From the NCBI GenBank assembly GCA_965215505.1, contig OZ244065.1:928001-992000 (forward strand): a DNA stretch of 64,000 nucleotides, in the 5' to 3' direction. Every line of letters starts with the position of its first letter. The stretch's first letter is position 1. This stretch comes from Capsulimonadaceae bacterium. Its GTDB lineage: Bacteria > Armatimonadota > Armatimonadia > Armatimonadales > Capsulimonadaceae. The notes beneath the pieces were generated by a model. The model was not told the DNA's origin. It did not search any database and was given only the letters and a program-made list of their open reading frames with translations. Of this stretch, positions 1-9,839 are shown piece by piece. Made by a program: the position numbers and the translations under genes.

Positions 1-430
1 CGCTTTTGATGTGAGAGGCCATCGCCCGCATTTTACCGCTGAAACCTGGACACTCTTCGGGATTGTGGAAATCATTGGCATTGCCACCGGACTGCCACTG
101 CTGTATCTCTCCGGCCCGAACGAGTTCTTCCTGGACGTGGAGCGGCGTACCTACCGCCATGTCTACGGCTGGCCTTTCCGCCCCCAGGTGCGAGAAGGCT
201 CCTGGGAAGAGATGGCCGGTGTTTATGTCCGGTTCATACGGATGACAAATAACGAGCAGTACATCGTAGGCATTGCCTGGAAATGTCCCCGGAGTCACAG
301 TCCCGTGCTGGGAGCGTTCAGCCGACCCAGGCAAGCCGACCGGTGGGCGGAAGGGGTGGCGGCGACTTTAGACTTACCCCTGGTTGAACCGCCGCCCTCA
401 CGCAAGCAATCAACAATGGGCCGCTGCTGA
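1..430 (+). CDS. Hypothetical membrane protein, probably 5'-truncated by the window edge
   Basis: Frame is open to the window start and includes a hydrophobic stretch (WTLFGIVEIIGIATGLPLLYL). No family recognised. Confidence 0.5.
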   Translation, partial: AFDVRGHRPHFTAETWTLFGIVEIIGIATGLPLLYLSGPNEFFLDVERRTYRHVYGWPFRPQVREGSWEEMAGVYVRFIRMTNNEQYIVGIAWKCPRSHSPVLGAFSRPRQADRWAEGVAATLDLPLVEPPPSRKQSTMGRC

Positions 431-480
431 GTCCCGTGAGACAGGCGGACACGCCCGGCGGTGTGCTACAATGTACCAAC

Positions 481-1821
481 ATGGACTTATTTGATGACGG
501 CGACGCGCCCGCCCCGGTGGCCGCGCCCAACACGCCGCTTGCGGCCCGGATGCGGCCCACGACGCTGGAAGAGTTCGTCGGCCAGGCGCGCATCCTCGGA
601 CCCGACAGCCTGCTGCGGCGGGCCATCGAGGAGGACGCCCTGACCTCGTTGATCTTCTTCGGGCCGCCCGGCGTCGGCAAAAGCACGCTGGCCGGCATCG
701 TCGCCCAGCGGACCTCGTCGCACTTCGAGAACTTCAGCGCCGTGACGCAGGGCATCCCCGACCTGCGGAAAGTGATCGAGGCCGCCGCCCTGCGCCGGCG
801 GATGTACGGCAAAAAGACCGTGCTGTTCATTGACGAGATCCACCGCTTCAACAAGGCCCAGCAGGACGCCCTGCTGCCGCACGTCGAGAACGGCACGGTG
901 GTTCTGATCGGCGCGACGACCGAGAACCCCTACTTTGAAGTCAACGCGCCCCTGCTGTCCCGCGCCCGCGTCTTCACCTTCGAGTCGCTGTCCGACGAGC
1001 AGCTAGGCGCACTGCTCGACCGCGCCGTGTCCGACCCCGAGCGCGGCCTGGGGAGCCTCAAAGTCGTGCTGGAACCGGACGCCCGCACCCACCTGATCGA
1101 CAAGGCCAACGGCGACGCGCGGACAGCACTGAACGCCCTGGAACTGGCCGCGACCACGACCCGGCCCGAGTCGCGCAAGGCGGACGCCGTGCGCCGCGTC
1201 ACGCGCGCCATCGCCGAGGAGGCGTTGCAGCACCGCGCGCTGACCTATGACAAGACGGGCGATACGCACTATGATACCATCTCGGCCTTCATTAAGTCTA
1301 TCCGTGGCAGCGACCCGGACGCGGGGCTGTACTACCTCGCGCGGATGCTGACGGCGGGCGAGGACGCCCGCTTCATCGCCCGCCGCCTGGTCATCCTGGC
1401 TTCGGAAGACGTCGGCAACGCCGACCCGATGGGCCTCTTAGTCGCGAACGCCGCTGCCCACGCCGTCGAGTATGTGGGCCTGCCCGAAGCGCAGCTTAAT
1501 CTGGCACAGGCCGTGACGTACCTCGCCGCCGCGCCCAAGTCTAAAGCCTCCTACATCGGCCTGAAGCGCGCCCAGGCGGACGTGGAGGCCGAGCGCGCCA
1601 GCCCGGTCCCCAAGCCCATGCGCGACTCCCGAAGCGGCACGGGCCGGGTGGCCCAGGGCGACACGCCGTACCTCAACCCGCACGACTACCCCGGCGGCTA
1701 TGTGGCGCAGGAGTATCTGCCGGAAGGCGTCCAGACGCAGCCGTACTATGAGCCGACGGAGAACGGCGCGGAGGCGGAGATCAAGGCACGGATGGCGATA
1801 AGGAGAGGAGCGAGTGGTTGA
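481..1821 (+). CDS. rarA: Replication-associated recombination protein A (RarA/MgsA AAA+ ATPase)
   Basis: PLAARMRP, Walker A GPPGVGKST, Walker B LFIDEIHRFNKAQQDALLP, GATTENP, SAFIKSIRGSDPDA. Start set at ATG 481, behind TGCTACAAT. Confidence 0.95.
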   Translation: MDLFDDGDAPAPVAAPNTPLAARMRPTTLEEFVGQARILGPDSLLRRAIEEDALTSLIFFGPPGVGKSTLAGIVAQRTSSHFENFSAVTQGIPDLRKVIEAAALRRRMYGKKTVLFIDEIHRFNKAQQDALLPHVENGTVVLIGATTENPYFEVNAPLLSRARVFTFESLSDEQLGALLDRAVSDPERGLGSLKVVLEPDARTHLIDKANGDARTALNALELAATTTRPESRKADAVRRVTRAIAEEALQHRALTYDKTGDTHYDTISAFIKSIRGSDPDAGLYYLARMLTAGEDARFIARRLVILASEDVGNADPMGLLVANAAAHAVEYVGLPEAQLNLAQAVTYLAAAPKSKASYIGLKRAQADVEAERASPVPKPMRDSRSGTGRVAQGDTPYLNPHDYPGGYVAQEYLPEGVQTQPYYEPTENGAEAEIKARMAIRRGASG

Positions 1822-1938
1822 AAACCACTCGCTCGGTCAGGCGTCCTTCGGACGGCAGGAGGCCCTTCCTTCACCCGGCAGGAGGCCCTTCCTTCACCCG
1901 AAGGGTGCTTCTCCTAGCGAGCGGTTTTCAACCACTCG
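1809..1938. repeat. REP-like palindromic doublet, family A
   Basis: AGCGAGTGGTTGAAAACCACTCGCT (1809-1833) with an inverted copy at 1916-1938. Internal 23-bp tandem duplication at 1854-1899. Confidence 0.85.
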
Positions 1939-1958
1939 TCTCTCCGGGTCATAATGCC

Positions 1959-2651
1959 ATGAACGAAAACATCCAGAACGAACAGGTTTCCTACTACCGC
2001 GCCCGCGCCGGCGAGTACGACGAGTGGTTCCGGCGCGACGGGCGCTATGACCGGGGGCCGGAGGCGAACGCGCGCTGGACCGAGGAGATCGGCCAGGTGG
2101 CGGACGCTCTGACGGCCTTCAACCCGAGCGGTGACGTGCTGGAACTGGCGGCGGGCACGGGCTGGTGGACGGAGCGGCTGGCGCAGCATGCGGCCAAGGT
2201 GACGGCGGTGGATGCCGCGCCGGAGACGCTGGCGGTCAACCGGGGGAAGATGGGCGACAAGCCCGTCCGCTACATTGAGGCCGACCTGTTCGAGTGGCAG
2301 CCGGACCGGCGGTATGATGTCGTCTTCTTTAGCTTCTGGCTTTCCCATGTGCCGCCCGAGGGGTTTGATGCTTTTTGGGGAATGGTACGGGCCTGCCTCA
2401 AACCGGGTGGCCGCGTGTTCTTCCTCGATTCGCGTTATGAAGAGACTTCGACGGCCGCCGACCACCGGCTGGAGGGGGAGGACGCCACGACGGTTTTGCG
2501 GCGGCTCAAAGACGGGCGCGAGTTCCGGGTCGTCAAGGTTTTCTACCGTCCTGACGAGCTGGCCGCGCGGCTGGCCGCTTTGGGCTGGGCCGTAGACGTG
2601 CGGACAACGGCGAACTACTTCATTTACGGGGCGGGCACTGTCGCGCGATGA
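1959..2651 (+). CDS. Class I SAM-dependent methyltransferase
   Basis: VLELAAGTGWWT motif I, YDVVFFSFWLSHVP, LKPGGRVFF. The longer ORF start lies in the repeat, so ATG 1959 is preferred. Confidence 0.9.
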   Translation: MNENIQNEQVSYYRARAGEYDEWFRRDGRYDRGPEANARWTEEIGQVADALTAFNPSGDVLELAAGTGWWTERLAQHAAKVTAVDAAPETLAVNRGKMGDKPVRYIEADLFEWQPDRRYDVVFFSFWLSHVPPEGFDAFWGMVRACLKPGGRVFFLDSRYEETSTAADHRLEGEDATTVLRRLKDGREFRVVKVFYRPDELAARLAALGWAVDVRTTANYFIYGAGTVAR

Positions 2652-3544
2652 TCCGTTTCCTTCTGAACTTCATCGCGCTGCTGGCCGTCTACTGCTGGTG
2701 GGTGGAACCGGCGCGGCTGTGCGTTACGGAATACGCCGTCTCCGACCCCGACCGGCCCCTGGCGAACCCCGTCCGGGTCTTGATGCTGACGGACTGGCAC
2801 TTAGGCCGGTGGACGCGGCCCCGCGTCCTGCGGTCCAAGATCAAGCGACTGCTGCGGCGGCACCGGCGGAAGCCGTTCGACCTGCTGCTGCTGGGCGGCG
2901 ACTTCATTGACGACGACGCCCGCCACCTGCCCCTGCTGGCCGAGACGGTGCGGGCGCTGCGCGGGTTCCACGTCCCCATGATCGCCGTGCTGGGCAACCA
3001 CGACCACACCAGCTTCGCGGGGGACGTGACGCCGCTGGTGGAATGCCTGCGGGCGCGGGGCGTCACCGTCCTGAGGAACCGGGCGGCGGCGGTACAGGTC
3101 GGCGGCCAGCGGCTCCTGATCGTCGGGCTGGAAGACTTGCAGGAGGCATCGGACTACTACGATGCCGACGCTTACCAGACGCCGGAAGAGTACCGGCAGG
3201 CGGCGGGCGGCCTGGACTGGTACGCGCGGTTCGACGGTTTGGAGCCGCACACGCCGCGCCTGCTGCTGGCACACAACCCGGACGCCGTCTGGATGCCGGG
3301 GCGCAGGCCGCTGGCGACATTGGCGGGCCACACGCACGGCGGCCAGATGATGCCGCTGGATTGGGTGAGCCGCCCGTTCCACCGGACTCTGGACCGGCAC
3401 CTGCCGCCCGGCAGCGCGGTCACCTGGGCGGGCCGGCGGCTGATAAACGGCCGGACGCTGATCGTGAGCCGGGGCGTGGAGGGGGCCGCCCTGCCCCTGC
3501 GCCTGGGGCGCGCGCCCGAGGCGGTCGTCATCACTTTATCCTAA
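2648..3544 (+). CDS. Metallophosphoesterase (calcineurin-like, YkuE-like)
   Basis: TDWH, GGDF, GNHD, HNPD and GHTHGGQ motifs. N-terminal TM helix. Confidence 0.9.
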   Translation: MIRFLLNFIALLAVYCWWVEPARLCVTEYAVSDPDRPLANPVRVLMLTDWHLGRWTRPRVLRSKIKRLLRRHRRKPFDLLLLGGDFIDDDARHLPLLAETVRALRGFHVPMIAVLGNHDHTSFAGDVTPLVECLRARGVTVLRNRAAAVQVGGQRLLIVGLEDLQEASDYYDADAYQTPEEYRQAAGGLDWYARFDGLEPHTPRLLLAHNPDAVWMPGRRPLATLAGHTHGGQMMPLDWVSRPFHRTLDRHLPPGSAVTWAGRRLINGRTLIVSRGVEGAALPLRLGRAPEAVVITLS

Positions 3545-3565
3545 ACCTATCGTAACAGACTCACA

Positions 3566-3594
3566 TTGACGCCCGCCCGCATTTTGTGGATAAT
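3566..3594 (+). promoter_or_regulatory. Sigma70-type promoter upstream of pepV
   Basis: TTGACG-N17-GATAAT. Confidence 0.55.
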
Positions 3595-3651
3595 GGGGGG
3601 GCATATCCGTTCGTTTCAACTTCTTTTCAGCATCGCACAGAAAGCAGCCGC

Positions 3652-5076
3652 GTGGACAACTTTATCCAGATAGATCAGCAGGTTTCGGAGTGGGTTGAGG
3701 CGCACCGGCAGGAGATCGTCGAGACGACGCAGGCCCTGCTGCGTATTCCGAGCGTCGAGGGACCCGCCGCTGCGGGTGCGCCGTTCGGGGCCGAAACCCG
3801 GCAGGCTTTGGATTACGCCCTAAGCGTCGGCGAAAGGTACGGGCTGACGCCGAAAAGCCTGGATGGCTACGCGGCACACGCCGAGTGGACCGCGCCGGGT
3901 GTCGCCGCCGACGCGCCCATCGTCGGCGCGCTGGCCCATGTGGACGTGGTCCCCGCCGGGTCAGGGTGGTCCCACCCGCCGTTCGGGGCCGAGATTGACA
4001 ACGGCAAGATCTATGCGCGCGGCGCGACGGACGACAAAGGCCCCGCGATGGCCGCCCTTTGGGCGCTGCTCGCCGTCAAGGAGTGCGCGGTGCCGCTGAC
4101 GCGCCGCATCCGCCTTATCCTGGGCGCGAACGAGGAGAGCGGCTTTAAATGTGTCAAGCACTACTTCGCGCATGAAGAAATGCCCGTCACGGGCTTCACC
4201 CCGGACGCCATGTTCCCGATGGTCTACGCCGAAAAAGGCATCGCCAACGCCGTCCTGACCCGCCCCGCGCCGCCGGAGGGCGGCCATATCCATCTGGCCT
4301 CCTTGAGCGGCGGGCAGCGCCCGAACATGGTGCCGGACACCGCCGAGGCCGTCCTGAGAAACCCGTCCCCGCGCGCGGCCGTCGTCGCCCGCCTGAACGC
4401 CGTCGTCGGCATCACGACGGAGGATCTGGAGGATGGCGGCCTGCGCGTCACCGCCAAGGGCGTCTCGGCCCACGGCAGCACGCCGGAGAACGGCGTCAAC
4501 GCCGTCGCCGTCCTGTGCGACGCGCTGCTGCTGCTGGACCACCAGGAAGACCAGAGGCAGGTCGTCCAGCACGTCCAGGCCTGGGCGAGCGACACCACGG
4601 GCGGGACCCTGGGCATCGCGGGCCGGGACGACATCGCCGGGCCGCTGACCTCGAACCTCGGCGTGGCCTCGCTGGAAGACGGCAAGGCGTCGCTGACCTT
4701 CAACGTCCGCTACCCGGTCACCTGGAACTCCGACACGCTGCGAGGGTGTTTGGAGAGCGGGATAAATGGGACCGGGTGGACGATAGAAGCGCTGTCCGAT
4801 CAACCTCCCTTGTATGTGCCTTTAGATGATCCCCTGGTGGCGACACTGCTCCAGGTCTACCGGGACGAAACCGGCGACCAGACCGCGCCGCTGACCATGG
4901 GCGGTGGGACCTACGCCCGCTCCATGGCGAAGGGAATCGCCTTCGGGCCTGGCTTCCCCGACGCCGACCCGTCCGACGGCGGCGCGCACGAGAAGGACGA
5001 GTGCTGGCCCATCGAGCATCTGATCCGGGCCACCAAGATCTACGCCCGCGCTTTGGCGCGTCTGGCGAGCGAGTAG
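3652..5076 (+). CDS. pepV: M20 family dipeptidase (PepV/Sapep)
   Basis: HVDVVPAG, ARGATDDKGP, NEESG, YAEKG, GGGTYAR, AHEKDE. GTG start is uncertain. Confidence 0.88.
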   Translation: MDNFIQIDQQVSEWVEAHRQEIVETTQALLRIPSVEGPAAAGAPFGAETRQALDYALSVGERYGLTPKSLDGYAAHAEWTAPGVAADAPIVGALAHVDVVPAGSGWSHPPFGAEIDNGKIYARGATDDKGPAMAALWALLAVKECAVPLTRRIRLILGANEESGFKCVKHYFAHEEMPVTGFTPDAMFPMVYAEKGIANAVLTRPAPPEGGHIHLASLSGGQRPNMVPDTAEAVLRNPSPRAAVVARLNAVVGITTEDLEDGGLRVTAKGVSAHGSTPENGVNAVAVLCDALLLLDHQEDQRQVVQHVQAWASDTTGGTLGIAGRDDIAGPLTSNLGVASLEDGKASLTFNVRYPVTWNSDTLRGCLESGINGTGWTIEALSDQPPLYVPLDDPLVATLLQVYRDETGDQTAPLTMGGGTYARSMAKGIAFGPGFPDADPSDGGAHEKDECWPIEHLIRATKIYARALARLASE

Positions 5077-5088
5077 AGTTTCCACACC

Positions 5089-6189
5089 ATGCCTAGCACC
5101 AAGCAGACCGTCGTCGTCGCCATGAGTGGGGGAGTGGACTCGTCCGTGGCCGCCGGCCTCCTCCAGCGGCAGGGGTACGACGTCGTCGGCGTCACCATGC
5201 AGATCTGGCAGGAGAGCGCGACCGAAACTAAGGGCGTCGGCTGCTGCTCCCTGGGCGCGGTCGAGGACGCCCGCCGGGTCGCCGCGAAGCTGGACATCCC
5301 CCACTACGTTTTGAACTTCCGGGAGTTCTTCGCCGAGAAGGTGATCGAGAACTTCGTGGACGAGTACAAGCGCGGGCGCACCCCCAACCCCTGCGTCAAC
5401 TGCAACCGGTACGTCAAGTTCGACGCCCTGCTCGCCAAGGCGCGCGCCCTGGGCGCGGAATGGCTGGCGACCGGGCACTACGCCCGCGTCCAGTTCGACG
5501 AGGACGCGCGCCGCTGGACCCTGCGCCGCGCGCTGGACGGGGACAAGGACCAGACCTATGCGCTGTACCACTTCACGCAGGAAGAACTCGCCCACACCCT
5601 GATGCCGCTGGGCCTGGTCACGAACAAGGCCGAGACGCGCGCCGTCGCCGCCGAGCTGGGGCTTGCCGTCCATGACAAGCCGGACTCGCAGGAGATCTGC
5701 TTCGTCCAGGGCGGCTCCTACACGGACTTCCTGGCCCAGACCGCGCCCGAGACGGTGCAGGGCGGCGACATCGTGGACACCGGCGGGCGGCGGCGCGGGC
5801 GGCACGACGGCATCGCGTTTTATACCATCGGTCAGCGCCGCCGGGTGAACGTCGGCTCCCCCATTCCCCTCTACGTCGTGGACATCAATGCCGAGACGAA
5901 CACCATCGTGGTCGGCGGCAACGAGGACCTGATGGCGGACGGATTGGTCGCCGATGACGTAAACTGGGTGGGAATTTCAGGCGTGCAGGAATCACGGCCC
6001 GTGATGGTGAAAATACGCTATAATATGCAGCCTGTGCCTGCCGTCGTACAAAACGGCGTGGACAAGGGCGCGATTGTCGTCCGGTTCGACACGCCGCAGC
6101 GGGCGGTGACGCCGGGCCAGTCGCTGGTCATGTACGACCTTGCCGGCGACTCGGTGCTGGGCGGCGCGACCATCCAGCGCCGCCTTTGA
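5089..6189 (+). CDS. mnmA: tRNA 2-thiouridine(34) synthase MnmA
   Basis: AMSGGVDSSVAA, GRTPNPCVNCN, ATGHYA, KDQTY, DSQEICF, TIGQRR, AVTPGQ. Confidence 0.97.
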   Translation: MPSTKQTVVVAMSGGVDSSVAAGLLQRQGYDVVGVTMQIWQESATETKGVGCCSLGAVEDARRVAAKLDIPHYVLNFREFFAEKVIENFVDEYKRGRTPNPCVNCNRYVKFDALLAKARALGAEWLATGHYARVQFDEDARRWTLRRALDGDKDQTYALYHFTQEELAHTLMPLGLVTNKAETRAVAAELGLAVHDKPDSQEICFVQGGSYTDFLAQTAPETVQGGDIVDTGGRRRGRHDGIAFYTIGQRRRVNVGSPIPLYVVDINAETNTIVVGGNEDLMADGLVADDVNWVGISGVQESRPVMVKIRYNMQPVPAVVQNGVDKGAIVVRFDTPQRAVTPGQSLVMYDLAGDSVLGGATIQRRL

Positions 6190-6210
6190 GGGGAGCGACT
6201 TCATCCCGCC

Positions 6211-6456
6211 ATGCCCGACCAGAACCAACAGGACCGTGACCAGAAGAACAGCATCGGCCTTTTGATCCTCGCGGGCATCGGTGCCGGGGCGTTGACGGGG
6301 GCGCTGCTCGGCCTCCAGGCGATCCGCCGGCCGCGCGTCCCGGACCGCGACGAGATCGGTGAAACCGTGGATGATCTGAAGCGCCGGGCGGAGCAGATCC
6401 TGACCGAGCTGTCACAGACCTCCATCGTCCCCCCCGAGACGCCGTGCCCGCGCTGA
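6211..6456 (+). CDS. Small membrane-anchored protein (YtxH-like)
   Basis: Gly-rich TM helix (GLLILAGIGAGALTGALLG) followed by a short helical segment. SD GAGGGAG. Confidence 0.65.
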   Translation: MPDQNQQDRDQKNSIGLLILAGIGAGALTGALLGLQAIRRPRVPDRDEIGETVDDLKRRAEQILTELSQTSIVPPETPCPR

Positions 6457-6516
6457 CTGTCGGGACGCCGTGGCCGCAAGAATTTGATGCAAGAATTTGC
6501 CAAAGGAGATCGTAAT

Positions 6517-6870
6517 TTGAACCTCACGATGAACAGCCGCAACCCCGACGAGACGACCTGCGTCCTCGACATCGAGGGCGAGGTGGACGTCTACACCTCG
6601 CCGCAGCTCAAGCAGGACCTGGTACACCTCGCCGAGAACGGAACCAAGCGCGTCATCATCAACCTGTCCAAAGTCGAGTACCTGGACAGCACAGGCCTGG
6701 GCGTCCTGATCGGCGGACTGAAGCGTCTGCGCGAGTCGGGCGGCAACCTCGCCCTAGTTGGGCCGGGGATGCGTATCCAGCGCATCTTCGAGATCACCGG
6801 CCTGAACAAGATCTTCGACATCTACGCGACCGAGGACGAAGCCGCCGCCAGAGAAGGGGTGGCTTTATGA
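6517..6870 (+). CDS. rsbV: Anti-sigma factor antagonist (STAS, RsbV/BldG-like)
   Basis: GEVDVYTSPQLK, YLDSTGLGVL (phosphoacceptor Ser), RIFEITGL. TTG start 8 nt after AAAGGAG. Confidence 0.92.
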   Translation: MNLTMNSRNPDETTCVLDIEGEVDVYTSPQLKQDLVHLAENGTKRVIINLSKVEYLDSTGLGVLIGGLKRLRESGGNLALVGPGMRIQRIFEITGLNKIFDIYATEDEAAAREGVAL

Positions 6871-7292
6871 GCGACTCACAGGCCGAGACGGTCCAGCTCA
6901 TCATCCCCTGCCGCCCGGAATACGTCGGCGTCGCGCGCCTCGCCGTACTAGGAATCGCCAGCCGCATGCCCTTCTCCTATGACGAAGTGGAGGACGTCCG
7001 GCTGGCCGTCGGCGAAGCCTGCACCCACGCCGTCGAGCGGGCGGGGGTCGGGGCCGCCACCATCCGCATCGTCAGCACCGTCTCCGCTCAGGCCTTGCGG
7101 ATCGAGATCGCCGACGACATCGCCGAGGCGGACGTCGCGGCCCCCTCCGAGGAAGCAAAGCTTCTGGAGGAGGCGGGCGTGGACCAGGAGGGCTTGGGCG
7201 CACTGCTGATGGAGATCCTGGTGGACAAAGTGGACATTCAGGCCACGGCCAGCGGCACGCGCGTCGTGCTGACCAAATACGCCCCCGAGTAG
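6867..7292 (+). CDS. rsbW: Anti-sigma factor, RsbW-like (HATPase_c), ATP-binding motifs degenerate
   Basis: PEYVGVARL, YDEVEDVRLAVGEACT, GLGALLMEILVDKV, LTKY. Lies between the STAS gene and the sigma gene. Confidence 0.88.
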   Translation: MSDSQAETVQLIIPCRPEYVGVARLAVLGIASRMPFSYDEVEDVRLAVGEACTHAVERAGVGAATIRIVSTVSAQALRIEIADDIAEADVAAPSEEAKLLEEAGVDQEGLGALLMEILVDKVDIQATASGTRVVLTKYAPE

Positions 7293-7335
7293 TGACGACC
7301 GAAATAGAACGGCGCTCTGAAGTAGAATGACTGTC

Positions 7336-8106
7336 ATGACACAGAAAAAGGCGACGGACTGGACCCAGGACGATGCCGAAACCTTGTTTGCGCGGTACGC
7401 CCGGAGCCGGGATCCGCAGATGCGCGACCGGTTGGTCGTGATGCACCAAAATCTGGTCCGCTACCTGGCGGGCAAGTTCGTCAACCGCGGCGAGCCGCTC
7501 GAGGACTTGATCCAGGTCGGCACCATCGGCCTGATCAACGCCATTGATCGGTTCGACTCGGGGCGCGGCACCAAGTTTTCGACCTACGCCACGCCGACCA
7601 TCGTCGGCGAGATACGGCGCTACTTCCGGGACAAGGCGTGGAGCCTGAAGGTGCCGCGCCGTTTGCAGGAGCTGAACCAGACCGCTTCCAAGGCGCAGGA
7701 ATACCTCAGCTCCAAGCTGGGCCGGCCGCCGACGATCCAGGAGGTCGCCCAGCGAATCGGGGCGACCGAGGAAGAGACGCTGGAAGCCATCGAGCTTGGC
7801 AACGCCTACGACACGGTTTCCCTGGACAGCAAGATGATGCACGACTCGGACAGCGCGCCCCTGTCGCTCGCCGAGTTCGTCGGGGCCGAGGACGAGTCCC
7901 TGCAAAGCCTGGGCACCTACGGCGACCTAGACCACGCCCTGGAGTCGCTGGAGCCGCGCGAGCGCGCCATCATCATCCACCGCTTCTTCAAGGACATGTC
8001 CCAGGCCGAGGTCGCGAAGCAGCTCAACATCTCGCAGATGCACGTTTCACGCCTGCAAAACCGCGCCCTGACCCAGCTCAAACGGCTGATGGTCAGCGAG
8101 GGCTGA
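7336..8106 (+). CDS. sigB: RNA polymerase sigma factor, SigB/SigF/SigG family
   Basis: EDLIQVGTIGLINAIDRFD, FSTYATPTIVGEIRRYFRDK, VPRRLQEL, ISQMHVSRL. Alternative ATG at 7327. Confidence 0.93.
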   Translation: MTQKKATDWTQDDAETLFARYARSRDPQMRDRLVVMHQNLVRYLAGKFVNRGEPLEDLIQVGTIGLINAIDRFDSGRGTKFSTYATPTIVGEIRRYFRDKAWSLKVPRRLQELNQTASKAQEYLSSKLGRPPTIQEVAQRIGATEEETLEAIELGNAYDTVSLDSKMMHDSDSAPLSLAEFVGAEDESLQSLGTYGDLDHALESLEPRERAIIIHRFFKDMSQAEVAKQLNISQMHVSRLQNRALTQLKRLMVSEG

Positions 8107-8119
8107 AAGGTGCGACCGG

Positions 8120-9691
8120 ATGCCGACGCCCGACGCCCCCGATATTCAGGCACTCCTCGCTGACGCCGGCATCCGGCTCCACCTCAACCTATCAGTCCCG
8201 GCCCTGGTCGGAGAGTCGCTCCGGCGCGCGAGGCGGTCCTTTCCTCCACCGGCGCACTCAAGGCGACAACAGGGAGGTACACGGGCCGCTCGCCCAGAGA
8301 CAAGTTCCTGGTTGACGACGGGACGCACGGCCGGGTGGATTGGGGCAAGATGAACCAGCCCCTTTCCCCCGGCAAGTTCGACGCCCTGGCGCGCGAAATG
8401 GCGTCCTTCGCGGCGGGCCGGGAGTTGTTCGTCTTCGACGGCTTCGGCGGAGCCGGCCCGGCGTACCGCCTGCCGATCCGCATCATCACGCAGTACGCCT
8501 GGCACTCCCTCTTCGCCCGCCAGCTCTTCGTCCGCCCCAGCCCGGCGGAGATGGCGGACTTCGAGCCGCAGTTCACCCTGCTGGACCTCCCCGATCTCCA
8601 CGCCGATGCGGCCCGCTACGGCGTCAACTCCGAAACCGTGATCGCGCTGGACCTGACGCGCCGCCGAGGGCTGATCGTCGGCACGCAGTACGCCGGGGAG
8701 ATCAAAAAGAGCGTCTTCACCGTCCTGAGCTACCTGCTGCCCGAGCAGGGCGTGTTCCCGATGCACTGCTCGGCCAATGTCGGGCCGGACGGCCAGCCGG
8801 CCCTCTTCTTCGGCCTGTCCGGGACCGGCAAGACGACGCTGTCCGCTGACCCCGAGCGGCGGCTGATCGGCGACGACGAACACGGCTGGTCGGACACCAA
8901 CGTCTTCAACTTCGGGGGGATGCTACGCGAAATGCGTCCGCCTGAGCCGGACCGGGGAGCCGGAAATCTGGGACGCCATCCGGTTCGGGACCGTCCTGGA
9001 GAACGTCGTACTGGACCCGGCCACGGGCGAAGCGGACTACGACGACATCACGCTTACCGAGAACACCCGCGCCGCCTATCCGCTGACCTACATCCCGAAC
9101 ACGCTGATGCGGGGCGTCGGCGGCCACCCGAAGACGATCCTGTTCCTGACCGCCGACGCCTTCGGCATCCTGCCCCCGATCTCGCGGCTGACGCGCGACC
9201 AGGCGATGTACCACTTCCTGAGCGGCTACACCAGCAAGCTGGCCGGGACGGAGCGCGGCGTGACGACGCCCGAGCCGAACTTCTCCGCCTGTTTCGGTGC
9301 CCCGTTCTGGCCCCTCCCGCCGCTGGAATACGCCGCCATGCTGGGGAAAAGGCTGGACGAACACGGCGCGACCTGCTACCTGATCAACACAGGCTGGAGC
9401 GGCGGGCCGTATGGCGTCGGGCACCGCATGGACCTGGCACGGACGCGGGCGATGGTCCAAGCCGCCCTCGGTGGCAAGCTGGAGGAAGCCCCTACCGTCG
9501 TGGACCCGGTCTTCGGCCTGCACATCCCCCTGCACGTTGAAGGCGTCCCCGACGAAGTCCTTCAGCCACATGCGACCTGGGCCGCCGGCCCGGAGTATGA
9601 TGCCGCCGCCCTGGCCGCCCGGTTCCACGCCAACTTCGCGCGCTTCCCCCAGGTGAGCGAGGCCGTGAAGGCGGCGGGGCCGCAGGCATAA
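8120..9691 (+). pseudogene. pckA: Phosphoenolpyruvate carboxykinase (ATP) with two frameshifts (pseudogene or sequencing error)
   Basis: TGRSPRDKF, YAGEIKKSVF, MHCSAN, FGLSGTGKTTLS and IGDDEHGW in one frame. [24 protein letters not shown] and [11 protein letters not shown] in another. Shifts at about 8228 and 8914-8920. Confidence 0.85.
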
Positions 9692-9695
9692 AAAA

Positions 9696-9830
9696 GGCGA
9701 ACGGAGAGAGGAAGGGCGGACGGAGAGAGGAAGGGCGGACGGGGAGAGGAAGGGCGAACGGGGAGGCAGGCCGGACAAGAAGGGCAGGCCGGACAAGAAG
9801 GGCAGGCCTGCCCTTCTTGTCCGGCCTGCC
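9696..9830. repeat. Tandem repeats ending in a spacer-less 48-bp palindrome
   Basis: About 3.5 copies of a 19-bp unit (GGCG[AG]ACGG[AG]GAGAGGAAG), then 2 copies of 18-bp GGCAGGCCGGACAAGAAG. Perfect palindrome at 9783-9830. Confidence 0.85.
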
Positions 9831-9839
9831 CCCCCCAGC

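Noticed and set aside
8225-8920. Programmed frameshifting or compensated frameshift in pckA
   Set aside because: Two independent shifts would be needed, no canonical slippery heptamer is evident, and a stop intervenes in the original frame.
9696-9830. Possible mini-CRISPR array
   Set aside because: The units are directly adjacent with no unique spacers, and there are no cas genes.
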